A program made the position numbers and the translations under genes. From the NCBI GenBank assembly GCA_965235115.1, contig OZ249436.1, positions 17,918,001 through 17,982,000 of the forward strand: 64,000 nucleotides of DNA. Direction: 5' to 3'. The notes below the pieces were generated by a model. The model was not told where the DNA came from, made no database searches, and worked only from the letters and a program-made list of their open reading frames with translations. This DNA comes from Laetmonice hystrix. Its lineage: Eukaryota. Positions 39,292-52,340 of the stretch are shown here, in pieces. The stretch's first letter is position 1; each line of letters starts with the position of its first letter.

Positions 39292-39545
39292 GTGAGTAAC
39301 CTAGTTTACATAGGCTGTCAGAGCTGGGCGGCCGGCCAGAGTGATCGATAGGATAGCTCGGCCAGCCTGAGGTCAGCCTGGCTCGGTGTTTGTCGTCACA
39401 ATGATTGACAGCTCGTCTCACGTCAGCCTCAATCGCTCACCGCGCGCCCCACTCGCTATTGATTTCAATTCCCGCCGACAGGGGGCGATATCTGTTGCCG
39501 TCACACGCGTCCCATCACTGAGAACCTGGGTCCCTGACAGCTCAC

Positions 39546-39647
39546 CCTCTGTCCATCTCTCCCAGCACAGGTCCGAGGGTTCCTGGCGGCACCCTGTCAC
39601 CGTCACCCTGCCCACTGCTACAACTAACGTCTTCATATCGGCGTATT
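39546..39647 (-). CDS. Candidate internal exon (E)YADMKTLVVAVGRVTVTGCRQEPSDLCWERWTE; overlaps an alternative + strand candidate
   Basis: cctacag| acceptor and GAGG|gtgagc donor. Confidence 0.25.
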
Positions 39648-40989
39648 CTGTAGGTCTACAGGCTGCGGCCGCCAGTCCGCTCGGCCCGCCACCTGGCGGC
39701 AGGGGGTGGAAGCGATACCGACCGGGCATCTCGTGAAGTGAGCCTCTACAGTCCCATTCAGTGCCTCCCCCCTCCCTCCCGGCATCCCAGAGGAGTCCAC
39801 TGTGATCAATCTGATTACGGTCTTCATTTGCTGGCTTTCACCGCCAGGTGCGAACAGTCATTGCTTACACATCGACTACACCTGCTGTCCTCTCACGGCT
39901 CCTGCACACTGAACGTCTCCACTTTGAAAACAGCGGGGGAATGTGGAAAATATGCCCGGGTAGTTTTCGTCTCCATTGTAAGGGAAATGAGTAAATCTAT
40001 AGAAAATTACCGTAGTTTTCCAGGCGTAGAAATACACAAGTCTCCTTTGCCCTGCTATCCAGTGACTTGCTCTCATTTTTGCCGTTAAATTTAAATGAAA
40101 TGTTCCGTTTATTTTCTCCAGGAAAGTGCATGCAGTCATTGCTGCATTCAACAGTGATTTGTATGCAGAATTGTATTAGGCCTACATATGTCCTAAATTA
40201 AAACGTTTCCTTTCCCCCAAATCGATGAAACATATGAAAAATTGGTACGCGAGCCTATAAATCTGTGAGCAATGCCTGTGCGCGTGTATTCTAAAACAAG
40301 TGCTGCTGTACAGAATCTGAAAGAGGTCATTCGTGCAGGGAGAACTGCTTATAATAAAGTATGTCATTTAAAAGAAAAACTCTTTAGACTTATGTGGATT
40401 GTGTTGTGGCGTTAGCGAACCGCTCCACAATGTATCAGGCGAACGCGAGGCGCCAGCTTTTCATTTTTCATTTGTGTATCTTCAATAGAAAAACACTTGT
40501 ATCAATAGACTGCAACGGCTATACCGTTATATGTCCCATCGCTCTATCCATCTGTCCCATCGCTCTGTCCATCTGTAAAAGGTCCGGGCCCACTGGTCCG
40601 ACTGATCGACTGATTGTGGATGGGTTTTTTAGGCAAATTTGACCGTATAGTAATAAAAAAAACTAGAATTGGACTATACCCCACAGTGTCTGCCGGGTGC
40701 TGGGAACTCATTGAAGCACCGTCCCTGAGCTCAGCAGTCACTCGCGGATCTAAGTATGATTCTGCATGATCTTGTGCTCTGAAGAGCCCACCGTGTGTCG
40801 CCATCAGTATCAACCTCAGTGTGGAACGTATTAAATTGTGTAACATTGATACGATAATTTATACCCATGCATGTGTCAGTAAGTCGATGGAAACACGTGG
40901 TTTTGCTTATTTTCTAAAAATGCCTGTCGGTGTCGGTAGGCCTGGTCGTGGTGTTTAACTTGGTGATGACATTGATATCGGTGGCGTTT

Positions 40990-41530
40990 GATATTCAAAC
41001 ACGTAACGGGATGAAGGTCATTCACTGGGGGAACGTATGGAACGAGATGCCTGGCGCATGAATACGGCACAACATCGAAGGTGGAGTGCCGTATTCATGC
41101 GCCAGGCATGGAAGCATCGAGTTCCATACTTTCTCCCATTGAAGGACCCTCATCCCGTTATGGTTTATTATGCACTTAGATTATTTCTAATTAATTTTAA
41201 GGAAGGGAACCAACAGTAAACAAGAATTAACAACATATATCCGCAGGGCCACGGGACTGGGCGGTTTGTTAAGTGGCCACCCTCCCCCATTTTTTCTACA
41301 TGGTGGTCACATAGTGGTAGCAAACTGAGGGGTGGGGCCTCCTGTTGGAAGAGCCGAACGAAATTTATCATACATGTTCTGGCGCTTCCATAGGCCCTCA
41401 TAATTAGCGTCGCATCACGTGTACAATCATAGGACTCATTATCAGTCCGTATGGAACATGCGTTCCATACGGACCACCGTATGCCCCCCCCCCCCCCATG
41501 GCACTGACAGATGGAATACGCATATTATAG
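40990..41530. mobile_element. Two-hairpin dispersed element, copy B (uninterrupted)
   Basis: Homologous to 8654-9978; 24-bp perfect inverted repeat 41047-41070 / 41086-41109 and 12-bp hairpin 41446-41473. Confidence 0.85.
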
Positions 41531-41844
41531 TTAATATCATGATGAGATGTTGCGGAGTTATGCAGTTACAGTGTTCACAAAGTTGTTTTCGAAATTTTCG
41601 AAATGGTGTGACCTGGGTTTCGGCAGCCTGCATAACTGCGGTGTGATGTTGACGGAGCTTAGCCCACTTCTTGCCGGTCCCCATCCTGACTAGTGACTAA
41701 TTTCATCACACCCAGTTTCATTCTGATGAAATGTGTCAAAACAGAGTCTGACCGGTCACCTGTGTTTGGCAGATTGACAGATGTCACGTAATTCAGACTC
41801 AGTGGCACCAACCTTGCCTAAGATAACTAAGTTAACTACCCAGG

Positions 41845-41936
41845 GTGCATTTCACAATCTGTCGTTAGCATGTCGACACCAATGTATTTTCAATGGGGAT
41901 TTTAACGCACGACAGCACGATGGTTGTGAAACGCAC
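41845..41936. mobile_element. Short inverted-repeat element (MITE-like)
   Basis: gtgcatttcacaa / ttgtgaaacgcac (12/13) plus inner ctgtcgt / acgacag. Confidence 0.5.
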
Positions 41937-41954
41937 ATGTGGGACCTGTCTTAC

Positions 41955-42042
41955 TAAGGTCTGGTTTATTAACGATATCGTTAACGTCAATAGGAATGCA
42001 TAAGAGTATCTGGTTATATATATCGTTAATAACCCGACCTTA
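41955..42042. mobile_element. Short palindromic element, ~21-bp inverted arms, TA at both ends
   Basis: taaggtctggtttattaacgat / atcgttaataacccgacctta. Confidence 0.6.
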
Positions 42043-42214
42043 AATAGTTAGTTGCCTAAAATAGTATATTTTTCTTTTGAGAACGTACTCTTTCTCTAGG
42101 CTTTAAAACACACATTTTAATGCACACCGAAACTCGATATTTGAATTAAATGTAGGCTATATATGTTAAAACTGAGGAGAGAAGTATGGGCCTGGCAAAT
42201 GGGCGTATTGGTAC

Positions 42215-42970
42215 ATCGGCCATCGTTTTGTATTGGTGGCTCGGCCTATGATGATGGGGTATCGTTTTGTATTGGTAGCTCGGCCTATGATGATGGGGCA
42301 TCGTTTTGTATTGGTAGTTCGGCCTATGATGATGGGGTATCGTTTTGTATTGGTAGCTCGGTCTATGATGATGGGGCATCGTTTTGTATTGGTAGCTCGG
42401 CCTATGATGATGGGGTATCGTTTTGTATTGGTAGCTCCGCCTATGATGATGGGGCATCGTTTTGTATTGGTAGCTCGGCCTATGATGATGGGGTATCGTT
42501 TTGTATTGGTAGCTCGGCCTATGATGATGGGGCATCGTTTTGTATTGGTAGCTCGGCCTATGATGATGGGGTATCGTTTTGTATTGGTAGCTCGGCCTAT
42601 GATGATGGGGCATCGTTTTGTATTGGTAGTTCGGCCTATGATGATGGGGTATCGTTTTGTATTGGTAGCTCGGCCTATGATGATGGGGATCGTTTTGTAT
42701 TGGTAGCTCGGCCTATGATGATGGGGCATCGTTTTGTATTGGTAGCTCGGCCTATGATGATGGGGTATCGTTTTGTATTGGTAGCTCGGCCTATGATGAT
42801 GGGGTATCGTTTTGTATTGGTAGCTCGGCCTATGATGATGGGGTATCGTTTTGTATTGGTAGCTCGGCCTATGATGATGGGCATCGTTTTGTATTGGTAG
42901 CTCGGCCTATGATGATGGGGTATCGTTTTGTATTGGTAGCTCGGCCTATGATGATGGGGTATCGTTTTGT
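42215..42970. repeat. Minisatellite, 39-bp unit, ~19 copies
   Basis: Unit atcgttttgtattggtagctcggcctatgatgatgggg(c/t); explains the overlapping ORFs at 42146-42900. Confidence 0.97.
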
Positions 42971-43164
42971 AAATAGAGCAGCAGAAATAGAGACGGAGAG
43001 AGAAGAAGGGGAGTGAGAGAGGACGAGGAGAATGAGAACGGGAAGGAGCAGGACGAGGACGAGAAGGGAAAATACCGAGATACGTTTACGGGTGGGTTGA
43101 CTTGTTGTGCCCTCAATCCGCTCCCACCGTCATATAGGGAGTAAAAGTAACGTCACAATCTTAT

Positions 43165-43345
43165 GGGAGGGTGGGTGGGTGGGGTAGGGGTTGAGGGTGG
43201 GTGGGTGGGGAGGGGTTGAGGGTGGGTGGGGTAGGGGTTGAGGGTGGGTGGGGTAGGGGTTGAGGGTGGGTGGGTGGGGTAGAGGTTGAGGGTGGGTGGG
43301 TGGGGTGGGGGTTGAGGGTGGGTGGTTGAGGGTGGGGAGGGGAGG
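43165..43345 (+). repeat. G-rich repeat ggttgagggtgggtggggtagg
   Basis: Direct reading. Confidence 0.9.
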
Positions 43346-44657
43346 GATTGATAAAGCAGTATGTTATAGAACAATAAACTGGTGGGTCTCACGCCACCCC
43401 TTGAAAATCCTAGGCCGGCCCGTCCCTGGGCCAGGTCAAGTGGAATGTTAGGCTTTCTGCTCTGACAAAGAAAGAGAGAGAGAGAGAGAGCAAAGACCAA
43501 AAAACGTCGCTAAAGAATATGCTTTGTTAACGATACATTTCTCCCAGTCTACAGCACATTTGTTCATCCTACCCTTCCTTCCAAGTGAAGAACTTAGATC
43601 ACTCATGCAATACAATCCAGAGTAATCAAAGAAATAAAGCCTGGATGAAACAAAAAGGCTGATCCAATGTAAAGAATCGCATACTCATTAATACCATTTG
43701 ATTAGTCTCAAGTCTGAACCCAATGTTCAGTGTGGAGTGGGTTTCAATATTACTCACCGTGCTAAATTGTCCCCAATTACAGCTGCCTGCCTGGCTCCTT
43801 CTGCCTGGTAGTTGGTATCTCCCGATAGTAAAATATCCATGGAATCTGGGGGTAAAAACTATATCAGACACTAATCCTAACCCCCTAACCCTTCGTGGGA
43901 ACGTTACCATGGGCGTGTGACCTCACGGGTCGAGTACACCCCCGCCCCGCCATCCCAGATTTTGCTGAAGAAACTGCCCCGAATGTGGAAAAAGTTTCCC
44001 CCGTCGGCGGCAGGCCAGAGAGAGCTGATCTGGGGCCAGCTTTGATCTGACAAATTGTGAAATTGGTTCATTGAAGCATACACCAATGTACCTAAAGATG
44101 ACATGAAAATAGAGGCTTTACAGCTGGAGTTGAGTTGTAATAAGTGGCCCCACTGTTAAAGTACTGATGAAATGTAAGTGGGCATTTAGTGCACGAACCT
44201 AAAACATGCAATGTGATGAAGAGAGCAAGACGCGCTCTGACGTCCTCCGATGCGCTCAGCAATAGCTCTTGGTTTTTAAAGCATGGAAGTGCTTTTCATT
44301 CCCCGCATTTAATCTCCATTATTGAACTCTTTGTCCGAGGCGCATTGCTCAAGCTTGACATGATTTGCACTCTCTAACTTCTGTTATGTGTAAACTGTAA
44401 ATTGTGCGTAAAAATATAGGTTGTAAAACCCAGCATGGCCACACATTTATCGATCATGCATACAACATTATTATAATTACAAAATATGGGTTTTAATTAT
44501 TAACTTTTCTCATGTCTACAAGTTATGTGCTTGCTCTTTTCCTGAAAAACAAAAGTATCGCAATAATAGAGAAAGGTTCTTTGAACAGAGTTTTCTAGGG
44601 GGAAGCTGAGTTCCGACTATTGACTGTTGCGTTACTTAAAGCACTATATCCTTTATA

Positions 44658-44894
44658 TAGCCTCCATCACCAGACCCTTTTTCCCACTAGAGGACGCTCG
44701 TCGCTCGCTAAAAGGGTCTGGACACAAATAAAAGATCTAGGTTACACGAACACGGTGACCGTGATATAAAACAATCATGGGCGCTGATTGGACGAGCCCG
44801 GTATTGTGACCTAGAAACCTCGACCTTACTCTGGTCCCCTGCTCTAAATGCCGGCTCCGCGAGGCGAGAGAGTCAGGGGACTAACCAGTCACTA
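44658..44894. mobile_element. Short two-hairpin element bounded by TAG...CTA
   Basis: Hairpin 1 arms CCAGACCCTTTT 44670-44681 / AAAAGGGTCTGG 44710-44721; imperfect hairpin 2 at ~44831-44883. Confidence 0.5.
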
Positions 44895-45785
44895 CTGCCA
44901 CCATACTTAGCGGCGTATTGAGGACGGGGGTGCCCGGAACACCCCTCGCCCGCCCCGGATAACATAATAACATTATCTACAATCTGATATTTTATTGCAT
45001 CCCTAGATTAATTTCAACTTTGGGAACCCCCCGATCAGACTAGTTCTAACCACGACAATACCAGGCCATGTACTCCTGGACTGAACGATGCCCTGGCACA
45101 ATGGTCTGCCCCGCAGTTGGAAAGTATTGACATTTCAGAAAGAAAAAGCATTCTTATCATTCTTTCAGCAGCAAAAATGACACAAAGCCTGGTTCAATAT
45201 AATATAGTCAATAAAAAGGATATATTTCTCATAAAAAGAACACAATTATTACAAAGAAGCATGTAATAACAAATACACAACGCCAAGTATTCATACATTT
45301 GAACAGAAGCCATATACGGCATTTAATGAATTTTGGCGAAACATTATGTTCTCTATTCCATATACAGAACTACAAAATTATGCCCCATTAACGAATCATC
45401 GTAAATAAATCACAAAGAAATAGTGTTTCATTTTCTGCCCGTTTCAAAAGAGCTGGGTGATTGCAAAGAATCTTAAGACTCAAGTACGGTTCGCAGAGGT
45501 TTGGTCGTTAAGATTGGAGCAATTACCCTCCATGCAACCTTCTGATTTGGCCAATTTATTCTGTGTTACCCCTTCCTACAGATTTCTTCCCATAGCTCCT
45601 AGGCCAAGGTCACCTACGTCTGCCTCGACTTAATCTTAAACATTTGCTGGAGGAAACGGTGGCCGCTCGCGTAAACGTGGAACGCCGCGCAGAACAATAA
45701 AATTACAAACGGTCCGTACAGAGTAATAATACAGCATCGAGAAAATATCAATTTAAACTCAGTGAACGATTAACAATGTCGGCCG

Positions 45786-46739
45786 CTCCACGTCAGAATA
45801 CCTCATGGACCCTCGAGTCGATCTCTATGAGCATAGAGCTCCACGTCAGAATACCTCATGGACCCTCGAGTCGATCTCTATGAGCAGAGAGCTCCACGTC
45901 AGAATACCTCATGGACCCTCGAGTCGATCTCTATGAGCATAGAGCTCCACGTCAGAATACCTCATGGACCCTCGAGTCGATCTCTATGAGCATAGAGCTC
46001 CACGTCAGAATACCTCATGGACCCTCGAGTCGATCTCTATGAGCAGAGAGCTCCACGTCAAAATACCTCATGGACCCTCGAGTCGATCTCTATGAGCATA
46101 GAGCTCCACGTCAGAATACCTCATGGACCCTCGAGTCGATCTCTATGAGCATAGAGCTCCACGTCAGAATACCTCATGGACCCTCGAGTCGATCTCTATG
46201 AGCATAGAGCTCCACGTCAGAATACCTCATGGACCCTCGAGTCGATCTCTATGAGCATAGAGCTCCACGTCAGAATACCTCATGGACCCTCGAGTCGATC
46301 TCTATGAGCATAGAGCTCCACGTCAGAATACCTCATGGACCCTCGAGTCGATCTCTATGAGCATAGAGCTCCACGTCAGAATACCTCATGGACCCTCGAG
46401 TCGATCTCTATGAGCATAGAGCTCCACGTCAGAATACCTCATGGACCTTCGAGTCGATCTCTATGAGCATAGAGCTCCACGTCAGAATACCTCATGGACC
46501 CTCGAGTCGATCTCTATGAGCATAGAGCTCCACGTCAGAATACCTCATGGACCCTCGAGTCGATCTCTATGAGCATAGAGCTCCACGTCAGAATACCTCA
46601 TGGACCCTCGAGTCGATCTCTATGAGCATAGAGCTCCACGTCAGAATACCTCATGGACCCTCGAGTCGATCTCTATGAGCATAGAGCTCCACGTCAGAAT
46701 ACCTCATGGACCCTCGAGTCGATCTCTATGAGCATAGAG
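45786..46739. repeat. Minisatellite, 53-bp unit, 18 near-identical copies
   Basis: Unit ctccacgtcagaatacctcatggaccctcgagtcgatctctatgagcatagag. Confidence 0.98.
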
Positions 46740-46831
46740 GTCCCCCGTGTCAATCAACATTACCAAAGATTGGACTACAAGCGCCATGTTTAGGCTACAC
46801 GCGTCATAAAATGGACGGGGACGGGGGGGGG

Positions 46832-47521
46832 GGGTTAGAAGAAGCACTCGGGTTTATCTTGGGTGAGGTGTGGGGACCGAGGGTTGGGGTTAGAAGAAGC
46901 ACTCGGGTTTATCTTGGGGGAGGTGTGGGGACCGAGGGTTGGGGTTAGAAGAAGCACTCGGGTTTATCTTGGGTGAGGTGTGGGGACCGAGGGTTGGGTT
47001 AGAAGAAGCACTCGGGTTTATCTTGGGTGAGGTGTGGGGACCGAGGGTTGGGGTTAGAAGAAGCACTCGGGTTTATCTTGGGGGAGGTGTGGGGACCGGG
47101 GGTTGGGATTAGAAGAAGCACTCGGGTTTATCTTGGGGGAGGTGTGGGGACCGAGGGTTGGGGTTAGAAGAAGTACTCGGGTTTATCTTGGGTGAGGTGT
47201 GGGGACCGAGGGTTGGGGTTAGAAGAAGTACTCGGGTTTATCTTGGGTGAGGTGTGGGGACCGAGGGTTGGGGTTAGAAGAAGTACTCGGGTTTATCTTG
47301 GGTGAGGTGTGGGGACCGAGGGTTGGGGTTAGAAGAAGCACTCGGGTTTATCTTGGGGGAGGTGTGGGGACCGAGGGTTGGGGTTAGAAGAAGCACTCGG
47401 GTTTATCTTGGGTGAGGTGTGGGGACCGAGGGTTGGGGTTAGAAGAAGCACTCGGGTTTATCTTGGGGGAGGTGTGGGGACCGAGGATTGGGATTAGAAG
47501 AAGCACTCGGGTTTATCTTGC
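46832..47521. repeat. Minisatellite, 55-bp unit, ~12.5 copies
   Basis: Unit ggttagaagaagcactcgggtttatcttgggtgaggtgtggggaccgagggttgg. Confidence 0.97.
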
Positions 47522-47610
47522 ACTCTATACTCATAGTTCTGATGTAATACATGACTGATTTGACAAACTGGGAGGATACCCCAAATTTACTATACTGAAT
47601 ATGACAGTGG

Positions 47611-47900
47611 TTTTATCACCGTAATTATCCCATCCCCACGGAGGGGATGGGATTTTGAAATTGTAGTTGTGGACTTGTAGTCAACACTATGTCTATCTCA
47701 TTTTTCCAGATATCTCAACCAAACTTGGTACGCATCTTGACCATGACGAAGTCTGGTCAGACAATGAGTCATGACGTCACGTGACATCACGTCATGACGC
47801 CAAATTTTTGGGGCATTGGGGGCCATTTTTAAAGTTCATATTTATTTAGTACCATATTTTTTTCTCACGTGACTTGTGACGTCATCTAAAACGTCATCTT
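47611..47900 (+). mobile_element. Possible Helentron-type non-autonomous (HINE/DINE-1-like) fragment; 3' end not defined
   Basis: T-run start, 11-bp hairpin 47627-47653, core with ccaaacttgg; family assignment is recalled resemblance only. Confidence 0.3.
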
Positions 47901-49337
47901 TTCCTTACTGGCTGACCCTGTCTTAAGTACAGGATAAGCTCACGCCCTTAAATATTTACAAGGAGGGGACTTCTAACTGCATGTCTACTTTAACATATTA
48001 TGAAGTTCAATTAGCAAAATATATAATTAACAACACAGAGATCAATCATATGAGAGAATGAAGTAAAGACAGGCGGCGCATTTGACCATTCTTTAAGTGA
48101 CCTAGTAACCGACCTTTTGACCCCCACCATCTGGTTACAGATCTGGAACATTCAGTCAGTGCTCAAGAATTGAAGATCCACCTGACATTATTCCAAATCT
48201 ATTTATCTCATTTCAATTATATTCACCATACTAGAAGCCTAATTGTCCTCTTTCAAATGATATAAAATTCACTTGTGGGAAAGTTATATATATTTAAACT
48301 TGAATTGTCTGACAGGGTAAAGTCACATTACTTTACATTAACGTCACCGCTACAATACTTCAATGAGTTCTAGTACGAAATTTATCAACCTTCAAAACAT
48401 CAGAATTCCATTAGCCATATTGATGTTCTTTTGGCGACAACCGTCATTTGGAAGAAAACAAACATTTGTATTACCGCTGTAAAGAAATCGTTCCTGGCGT
48501 CCAACATTTCTTTCCTATTACAAGAGAACATATATATGTCATGTATTACTGACATTTCCTTTTAATAATGCCGTTCTATGACAGATCACCAAGGGGGACA
48601 CGTCACTGTCTGTCCATTACGGATGCCAGACATTTTGTGTATTAAGATCATGTCGGGGAGAGTTAGAAATATCGCTGCCAGGTGTAACAGAGGGTATGTA
48701 GACTGATAACCCCACTTCATACCATTACTTATACCACAATATTTTGGGAATAGCTAGGAAATATTGAAGTTCAAATGTAAAATATATTTAAAAATTGATA
48801 ACTAGGAAATAAATTGTTTTGCAAGAGCGTTTGAAAGTCAAGATTCCAGTGACATCGTAAAAAGTTTTCGCATTGTCTCATACTTTCGGTTGAGACACTT
48901 ATGGAACCGTTCCCTGTCCTTGCCATACATCCCAAGATTCCTCCTGTTAGTGAAGTTGTGACGTGAACAGACATCGGCCGAGTTATGACGTGCGCCGTGA
49001 CGTATGTCTCGATATAACGTCACGTCACGGTGCCTTGTCCATCACACAACACAGCCGCATCAACCGTCCGCCAGATCGAAATCCTCCAATCCGGGAGCCT
49101 TGAATATCACATGGGCCTGTGCCCACATCGGCCTGGGATCTAGCCTACGGCCGGTGGTCAATGAAGTGAGGCTTACTCAGAGATCAATGGACCATGTAAT
49201 GTTAACGTTATGCGAAATGGACCATGTGGTCGGTTATATGGGTCTTATCACGTGACTAATGGGCCACAAGGTCATTCGTGTAAATCTGATGTGACCAATG
49301 GGCTATGGACGTTTAAGGAAAATTACCTAAATGTGGT

Positions 49338-49494
49338 NNNNNNNNNNNNNNNNNNNNNNNNNNNNNNNNNNNNNNNNNNNNNNNNNNNNNNNNNNNNNNN
49401 NNNNNNNNNNNNNNNNNNNNNNNNNNNNNNNNNNNNNNNNNNNNNNNNNNNNNNNNNNNNNNNNNNNNNNNNNNNNNNNNNNNNNNNNNNNNNN
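49338..49494. other. Assembly gap (N run)
   Basis: N characters. Confidence 1.
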
Positions 49495-50104
49495 TCCATG
49501 TTGGGATGGGGTTGTGATAGGACGTTTTGGCCCGTTTCGTTTACGCCCTCGGCCTGACGTCTTTTAGAAAGTCCCGAATTTAGCGTCATCCTTCATTTAC
49601 AAAGTGCGCGCGGTTTTGGAGAGTGGTGTGAACAGGGTGCCACCACACTTCAGTCACTTGTGTTCAGTAATTGTTGCTAATGATGGCAGGAAGACTGGAC
49701 CGCAGCAACGTCGCTCTGTGTGTCAATACTCCTGGCAATTACGGCCAATTACTGTGACATGCGTCATCCTGGAGAAAAGCCTGGAGGATACTCCGGTCAA
49801 TCCGATAGGGGCACTCTCCGGCGACATGGGCGGAGAACGGAAACCTTGCCAATCAAGACTGGCTGACCAACAATTAACAAGGGTGGGGGCAGAGTATGGC
49901 CTCATCATGTAGATGTGGTCAATGTTTCAAATCGGAGGAGGAATCAAGGCGGCGAGATATTAAATCGTGGTTTAAGACAGCTGATTCCCGTTAAGTTTCT
50001 TAAAGAGCGCAGCTTGGAGGTTTATTGGGGCGGCAGGGGTGAACGGGGGAGATTGGGGAATCCATGGGGAAAGGGGGAGGCGAAGCCGGGGGAGGAGACA
50101 TGGA

Positions 50105-50360
50105 AAGCCGGGGCCCCTGGGAACCCGGGAAACCGTGGGAAGCCGGGGGGCCATGGGAAGTCGGGGGGCCATGGGAAGCCGGGGGCCCTGGGAAGCCGGG
50201 GGCCCTGGGAAGCCGGGGGCCCTGGGAAGCCGGGGGGCCATGGGAAGCCGGGGGCCCTGGGAAGCCGGGGGGCCATGGGAAGCCGGGGGCCATGGGAAGC
50301 CGGGGGGCCATGGGAAGCCGGGGGCCATGGGAAGCCGGGGGGCCATGGGAAGCCGGGGGA
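50105..50360. repeat. 18-19-bp GC-rich minisatellite gggaagccggggg(g)cc(c/a)t
   Basis: Explains the Gly/Pro-rich ORFs in six frames at 49915-50499. Confidence 0.93.
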
Positions 50361-51013
50361 GGGCGGCCGTCCTCACGTCCACACACCAACTGCCTCCAGA
50401 TCCTCCGTCCTGTTTGCGCACATCAAAACCTCACGCATGCGTGGGAAGACGCAGACAGCTGCCAGATGTGGAGGACATGTAATCTACACAAATAATTAAA
50501 CTTCACGAAGTAATCAGGAACAACATTCAATGCGTATTATAAAGGATAGCAACGCTCGGGCACACCTTTGACACTCTTGGATTGTCGAATACATGAGTCA
50601 ATTGTTACGGGGCAGAAACACACGCCGGTGTCAAAGTTCCTGTGGTATGACGTACCAAATATCCCACCTCTGCTTGGAGCAATAATGGCGATAACTGCTG
50701 TAATGGTCAGCCTGGCGAGGATGTAATTTGGGTGTGATTGCCAATTGATTGGGTTGTAATTATCATGGGTGTGATGGCGTGGCCGGGGAGAGAGTCATGT
50801 CGTACAAATTGAAACGATGAGTGTGTAGGAATACGATCGCCAGGGCCGTGGGAGGAGGGCGCGGGGCGGGGTGGGGGTGGGGGTAATCACACGCTTTCAG
50901 GTATTCACAGGTAATTAGGGTGATACATCACGGGGTGACGGGTGCAATACGATAAACCCAACTTGATCCAAGAGGAGCTGATCAAAGGGAGTGCCGCCAA
51001 GACAATGATTTAC

Positions 51014-51144
51014 CTGGTCGACTGACGGGTTGGCAGCGCGCCCACACTCACTGACTTCACCTCAGTGGGAATATCAACTTCCCGATCACATATCACAACA
51101 GATAGTCCACGCAACCACCGAGAGGTGGCGCTGTAGATCATCAC
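51014..51144 (-). CDS. Candidate internal exon VMIYSATSRWLRGLSVVICDREVDIPTEVKSVSVGALPTRQST
   Basis: cctcccctctcgtggccag| acceptor, CAG|gtaaat donor; only one frame open. Confidence 0.4.
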
Positions 51145-51399
51145 CTGGCCACGAGAGGGGAGGAGGTCCACAGCTGCCGCAGACAACCATACAGGTGGAA
51201 TCTCGAATAAATCTGATTTAGGGAAAGTAAAACTGAGCATGAAAGGGAATGAGGATATCGGAGAGAATATAGTCCTGCTTTGAGAACTCACGTTCTGAGT
51301 TGTTCGCCTCGCTTCCTCCGTAAACAGTTACATTTAGATCTATTCACAAAGCTAATCCATAGTATCTGTCAGTCAGTCGGCCTATACTCTTGACGTACT

Positions 51400-52340
51400 C
51401 TGATCCATATCTGTCAGTCAGTATATCCTAACGTACTCTGATCTATGGTATCTGTCAGTCAGTATACCCTAACGTACTCTGATCCATGTGTCAGTCAGTA
51501 TATATCCTAACGTACTCTGATCCATGGTATCTGTCAGTCAGTATATCCTAACGTACTCTGATCTATGGTATATGTCAGTCAGTATACCCTAACGTACTCT
51601 GATCCATGTGTCAGTCAGTATATCCTAACGTACTCTGATCTATGGTATCTGTCAGTCAGTATATCCTAACGTACTCTGATCTATGGTATCTGTCAGTCAG
51701 TATATCCTAACGTACTCTGATCTATGGTATCTGTCAGTCAGTATACCCTAACGTACTCTGATCCATGTGTCAGTCAGTATATCCTAACGTACTCTGATCC
51801 ATGGTATATGTCAGTCAGTATACCCTAACGTACTCTGATCCATGGTATCTGTCAGTCAATATATCCTAACGTACTCTGATATATGGTATCTGTCAGTCAG
51901 TATATCCTAACGTACTCTGATCCATGGTATATGTCAGTCAATATATCCTAACGTACTCCGATCCATGGTATCTGTCAGTCAGTATACCCTAACGTACTCT
52001 GATCCATGGTATCTGTCAGTCAGTATACCCTAACGTACTCTGATATATGGTATATGTCAGTCAATATATCCTAACGTACTCTGATCCATGGTATAGGGCC
52101 TATGTCAGTCAATATATCCTAACGTACTTCGATCCATGGTATCTGTCAGTCAGTATACCCTAACGTACTCCGATCCATGGTATCTGTCAGTCAGTATATC
52201 CTAACGTACTCTGATCCATGGTATAGGGCCTATGTCAGTCAATATATCCTAACGTACTTCGATCCATGGTATCTGTCAGTCAGTATATCCTAACGTACTC
52301 TGATCCATGGTATATGTCAGTCAGTATACTCTAACGTACA
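51400..52340. repeat. Minisatellite, 41-bp unit with length variants, ~22 copies
   Basis: Unit tctgatccatggtatctgtcagtcagtatatcctaacgtac. Confidence 0.96.

Noticed and set aside
42146-42900. ORFs in four frames (e.g. HHHRPSYQYKT repeats)
   Set aside because: Produced by the 39-bp unit; the main variant is non-synonymous in every open frame
49915-50499. Collagen-like Gly/Pro-rich ORFs
   Set aside because: No sustained Gly-X-Y register; 18/19-bp units shift frame and all six frames are open
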